From an uncultured Bacteroidales bacterium (lineage in GTDB: Bacteria > Bacteroidota > Bacteroidia > Bacteroidales > VadinHA17), in the NCBI GenBank assembly GCA_937871625.1, contig CALMRD010000332.1, positions 1 through 39,828 of the forward strand: a DNA stretch of 39,828 nucleotides, written 5' to 3'. Numbering within the stretch: the stretch's first letter is position 1; each line of letters starts with the position of its first letter. The notes under the pieces were generated by a model. The model did not search any database. It saw only the letters and a list, made by a program, of their open reading frames with translations, and was not told the DNA's origin. The position numbers and the translations under genes are program-made. Shown here in pieces: positions 37,641 through 39,828 of the stretch.

Positions 37641-39797
37641 ATGAAGACTTACTCAACAGACCACCTCAGAAACATAGCTCTGCTGGGAAACTCGGGCTCA
37701 GGAAAGACAACCCTTGCAGAAGCGATGCTGTTCAACGGGGGGGTCATTGAGAGACGGGGTTCAGTGGAAGCCAGGAACACCGTCTCTGACTATAAGCCTA
37801 TAGAGCAGGAGAACCGTAACTCAGTATTTTCCACAGTGCTCTACGCCGAGTACAACGACAAGAAGGTAAACATACTTGACACCCCGGGTCTGGATGACTT
37901 CTCCGGCGGGGTAATATCATCGATGTATGCTGCTGACACCGTCATGCTGGTCATCAACGTTCAGAACGGCGTTGAGGTGGGGACGGAGATCCAGTTCAGG
38001 CATGCCGACAAGTTTCACAAACCCCTCATCATAGTCGTCAACGGCCTCGATCACGAGAAGGCCAACTTTGAAAAGACGGTTGAGATGCTTCATGAGAGGT
38101 TCGGTAGTGATGTCACCCTGGCACAGTTCCCGGTGAATGAGGGTCTGGGCTTCAACACCATCATTGATGTTGTAAGCATGAAGATGCTGCGTTACGGCAA
38201 AGAGGGAGGCAAGGCGGAGGTTCTTGATATTCCCGCCGAACACCAGCCGAAGGCTGAGGAGCTTCACGCCGCGCTCACCGAGAAGGTGGCCGAGAGCGAC
38301 GAGGAGCTGATGGAACTCTTCTTTGCCAATGACAAGCTTACCGAGGAGGAGATCAGCAGGGGCATACGTGAGGGGCTGCTCAAGAGGGGCATCTTCCCTG
38401 TCTTCTGCGTCTCTGCCAAAGGCAATGTGGGGGTCGACAGGCTGCTGCAGTTCATCACTGCTGCCGCACCGTCGCCGTCTGACATGCCGGCAGTGAAGAA
38501 CTCGAAGGGGAATGAGGTTAAGTGTGATGCTTCCGGCGCTGCCTCGGTATTTGTCTTCAAGACCACCATCGAGGAACACATAGGAGAGATCAACTATTTC
38601 AGGGTCATGTCGGGCAAGATCAACGAGAACCTCGACGTGGTCAACACCAGCAACGGCACCAGGGAGCGACTCTCCCAGATCTTCATATGTGCCGGCAAGA
38701 ACCGCACCCGTGTTCCGGAGATACATGCCGGTGACGTCGGCGGCTTCGTCAAGCTGAAGAACACCAAGACCAACCACACTCTCAATACCGTGGGCAACGA
38801 CTGGGTCTATAACAATATGCAGTTTCCCGCTCCCAAGTATCGCACAGCCATCAAGCCTGTGAATGAGAGCGACGAGGAGAAGCTGGGCGAGGCGCTGAGC
38901 CGCATGCACCAGGAGGACCCGACCATCATCGTCGAGTATTCCAAGGAGCTGAAGCAGATCATCATCCACGGCCAGGGCGAGTATCATCTCAACATCCTGA
39001 AGTGGCATCTTGACAGCATATTCAAGATTGAGACACAGTACATTGCCCCCAAGATACCATACCGTGAGACCATCACCAAAACCGCACAGGCCGACTACCG
39101 TCACAAGAAGCAGTCGGGCGGCGCCGGTCAGTTCGGTGAGGTTCATATGATCATCGAGCCGTTTGAGGAGGGTTCGGAGGCCAAGTCGATGATGAAGATC
39201 GCCGGCAAGGAGATCAAGCTGGCCAACCGCGACAAGGAGGAGATCGATCTCCCGTGGGGCGGCAAGCTCATCTATATGAACTGTATTGTTGGCGGCTCCA
39301 TTGACGCCCGTTTTATGCCGGCCATCCTGAAGGGCATCATGGAGAAGATGGAGGTAGGTCCTCTTACAGGCTCCTACGCCCGTGACATCAGGGTATATGT
39401 CTATGACGGCAAGATGCACCCGGTTGACTCAAACGAGATATCCTTCCGTCTGGCAGGGCGTAATGCCTTCAGCACCGCCTTCAAGAATGCCGGTCCGAAG
39501 ATCCTTGAGCCGGTCTATGATGTTGAGATCATGGTTCCCTCCGACCGTATGGGTGATGTCATCAGCGACCTGCAGGGGCGCCGTGGCATGGTGCTGGGCA
39601 TGACCAGCGACAAAGGTTTCGAGGTCATCAAGGCCAGGGTTCCCCTTGCTGAGATGAACAAGTACTCTACCGCTCTCAGCTCGCTCACCGGCGGCCGCGC
39701 CATGTACACCATGAAGTTTGCCGAGTACGCCCAGGTCCCCGGCGAAGTCCAGGATGCTGTCATCAAGGCCTACGAAGCCGAAGAGGAAGAGGAATAG
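37641..39797 (+). CDS. fusA2: Elongation factor G paralog, EF-G2 type
   Basis: Full EF-G architecture with GNSGSGKTT, no RGITI, DTPGLDDF, NGLD, GQGEYHL and a domain IV insertion ending LPWGGKL. Confidence 0.9.
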   Translation: MKTYSTDHLRNIALLGNSGSGKTTLAEAMLFNGGVIERRGSVEARNTVSDYKPIEQENRNSVFSTVLYAEYNDKKVNILDTPGLDDFSGGVISSMYAADTVMLVINVQNGVEVGTEIQFRHADKFHKPLIIVVNGLDHEKANFEKTVEMLHERFGSDVTLAQFPVNEGLGFNTIIDVVSMKMLRYGKEGGKAEVLDIPAEHQPKAEELHAALTEKVAESDEELMELFFANDKLTEEEISRGIREGLLKRGIFPVFCVSAKGNVGVDRLLQFITAAAPSPSDMPAVKNSKGNEVKCDASGAASVFVFKTTIEEHIGEINYFRVMSGKINENLDVVNTSNGTRERLSQIFICAGKNRTRVPEIHAGDVGGFVKLKNTKTNHTLNTVGNDWVYNNMQFPAPKYRTAIKPVNESDEEKLGEALSRMHQEDPTIIVEYSKELKQIIIHGQGEYHLNILKWHLDSIFKIETQYIAPKIPYRETITKTAQADYRHKKQSGGAGQFGEVHMIIEPFEEGSEAKSMMKIAGKEIKLANRDKEEIDLPWGGKLIYMNCIVGGSIDARFMPAILKGIMEKMEVGPLTGSYARDIRVYVYDGKMHPVDSNEISFRLAGRNAFSTAFKNAGPKILEPVYDVEIMVPSDRMGDVISDLQGRRGMVLGMTSDKGFEVIKARVPLAEMNKYSTALSSLTGGRAMYTMKFAEYAQVPGEVQDAVIKAYEAEEEEE

Positions 39798-39828
39798 GAA
39801 GAGGTTTCCAGAACGCTATATGGTTTTT

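Noticed and set aside
37917-39419. 500-aa ORF antisense to fusA2
   Set aside because: Codon-aligned mirror frame of a strongly biased gene, with no protein motifs

Overview
The window looks like core chromosome of a Bacteroidota (probably Bacteroidales-like) bacterium. This is inferred from TAnnTTTG promoter elements, gldD/gldE, a T9SS-type C-terminal tail and the rpsL-rpsG-fusA-rpsJ junction without tufA. The left half (1-19.3 kb) has a truncated HU gene, ssb-gldE-gldD-PPTase-GGGP synthase, a PafA-like alkaline phosphatase homolog with substituted catalytic residues, a T9SS-type M14 carboxypeptidase, a divergent YchF, an ECF sigma/anti-sigma/Spy-like trio, hisS, DUF4870, a Tyr-rich exported protein, a degenerate hybrid kinase, a SpoIIE phosphatase overlapping a UbiD-family decarboxylase, and eno. 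The right half (19.3-37.2 kb) is the fused str-S10-spc-alpha ribosomal cluster on the minus strand. An EF-G2-type paralog lies head-to-head with rpsL. I saw no mobile element, CRISPR array, tRNA or rRNA. The most unusual signals are regulatory. Three unrelated divergent gene pairs have back-to-back TAnnTTTG elements exactly 53 bp apart, a TTAAACCA-N14-CGTC motif occurs on both sides of the ECF gene, and rpsL has a long hairpin-rich leader. Several enzyme homologs also look catalytically altered. All calls come from reading motifs by eye; no database searches were run.
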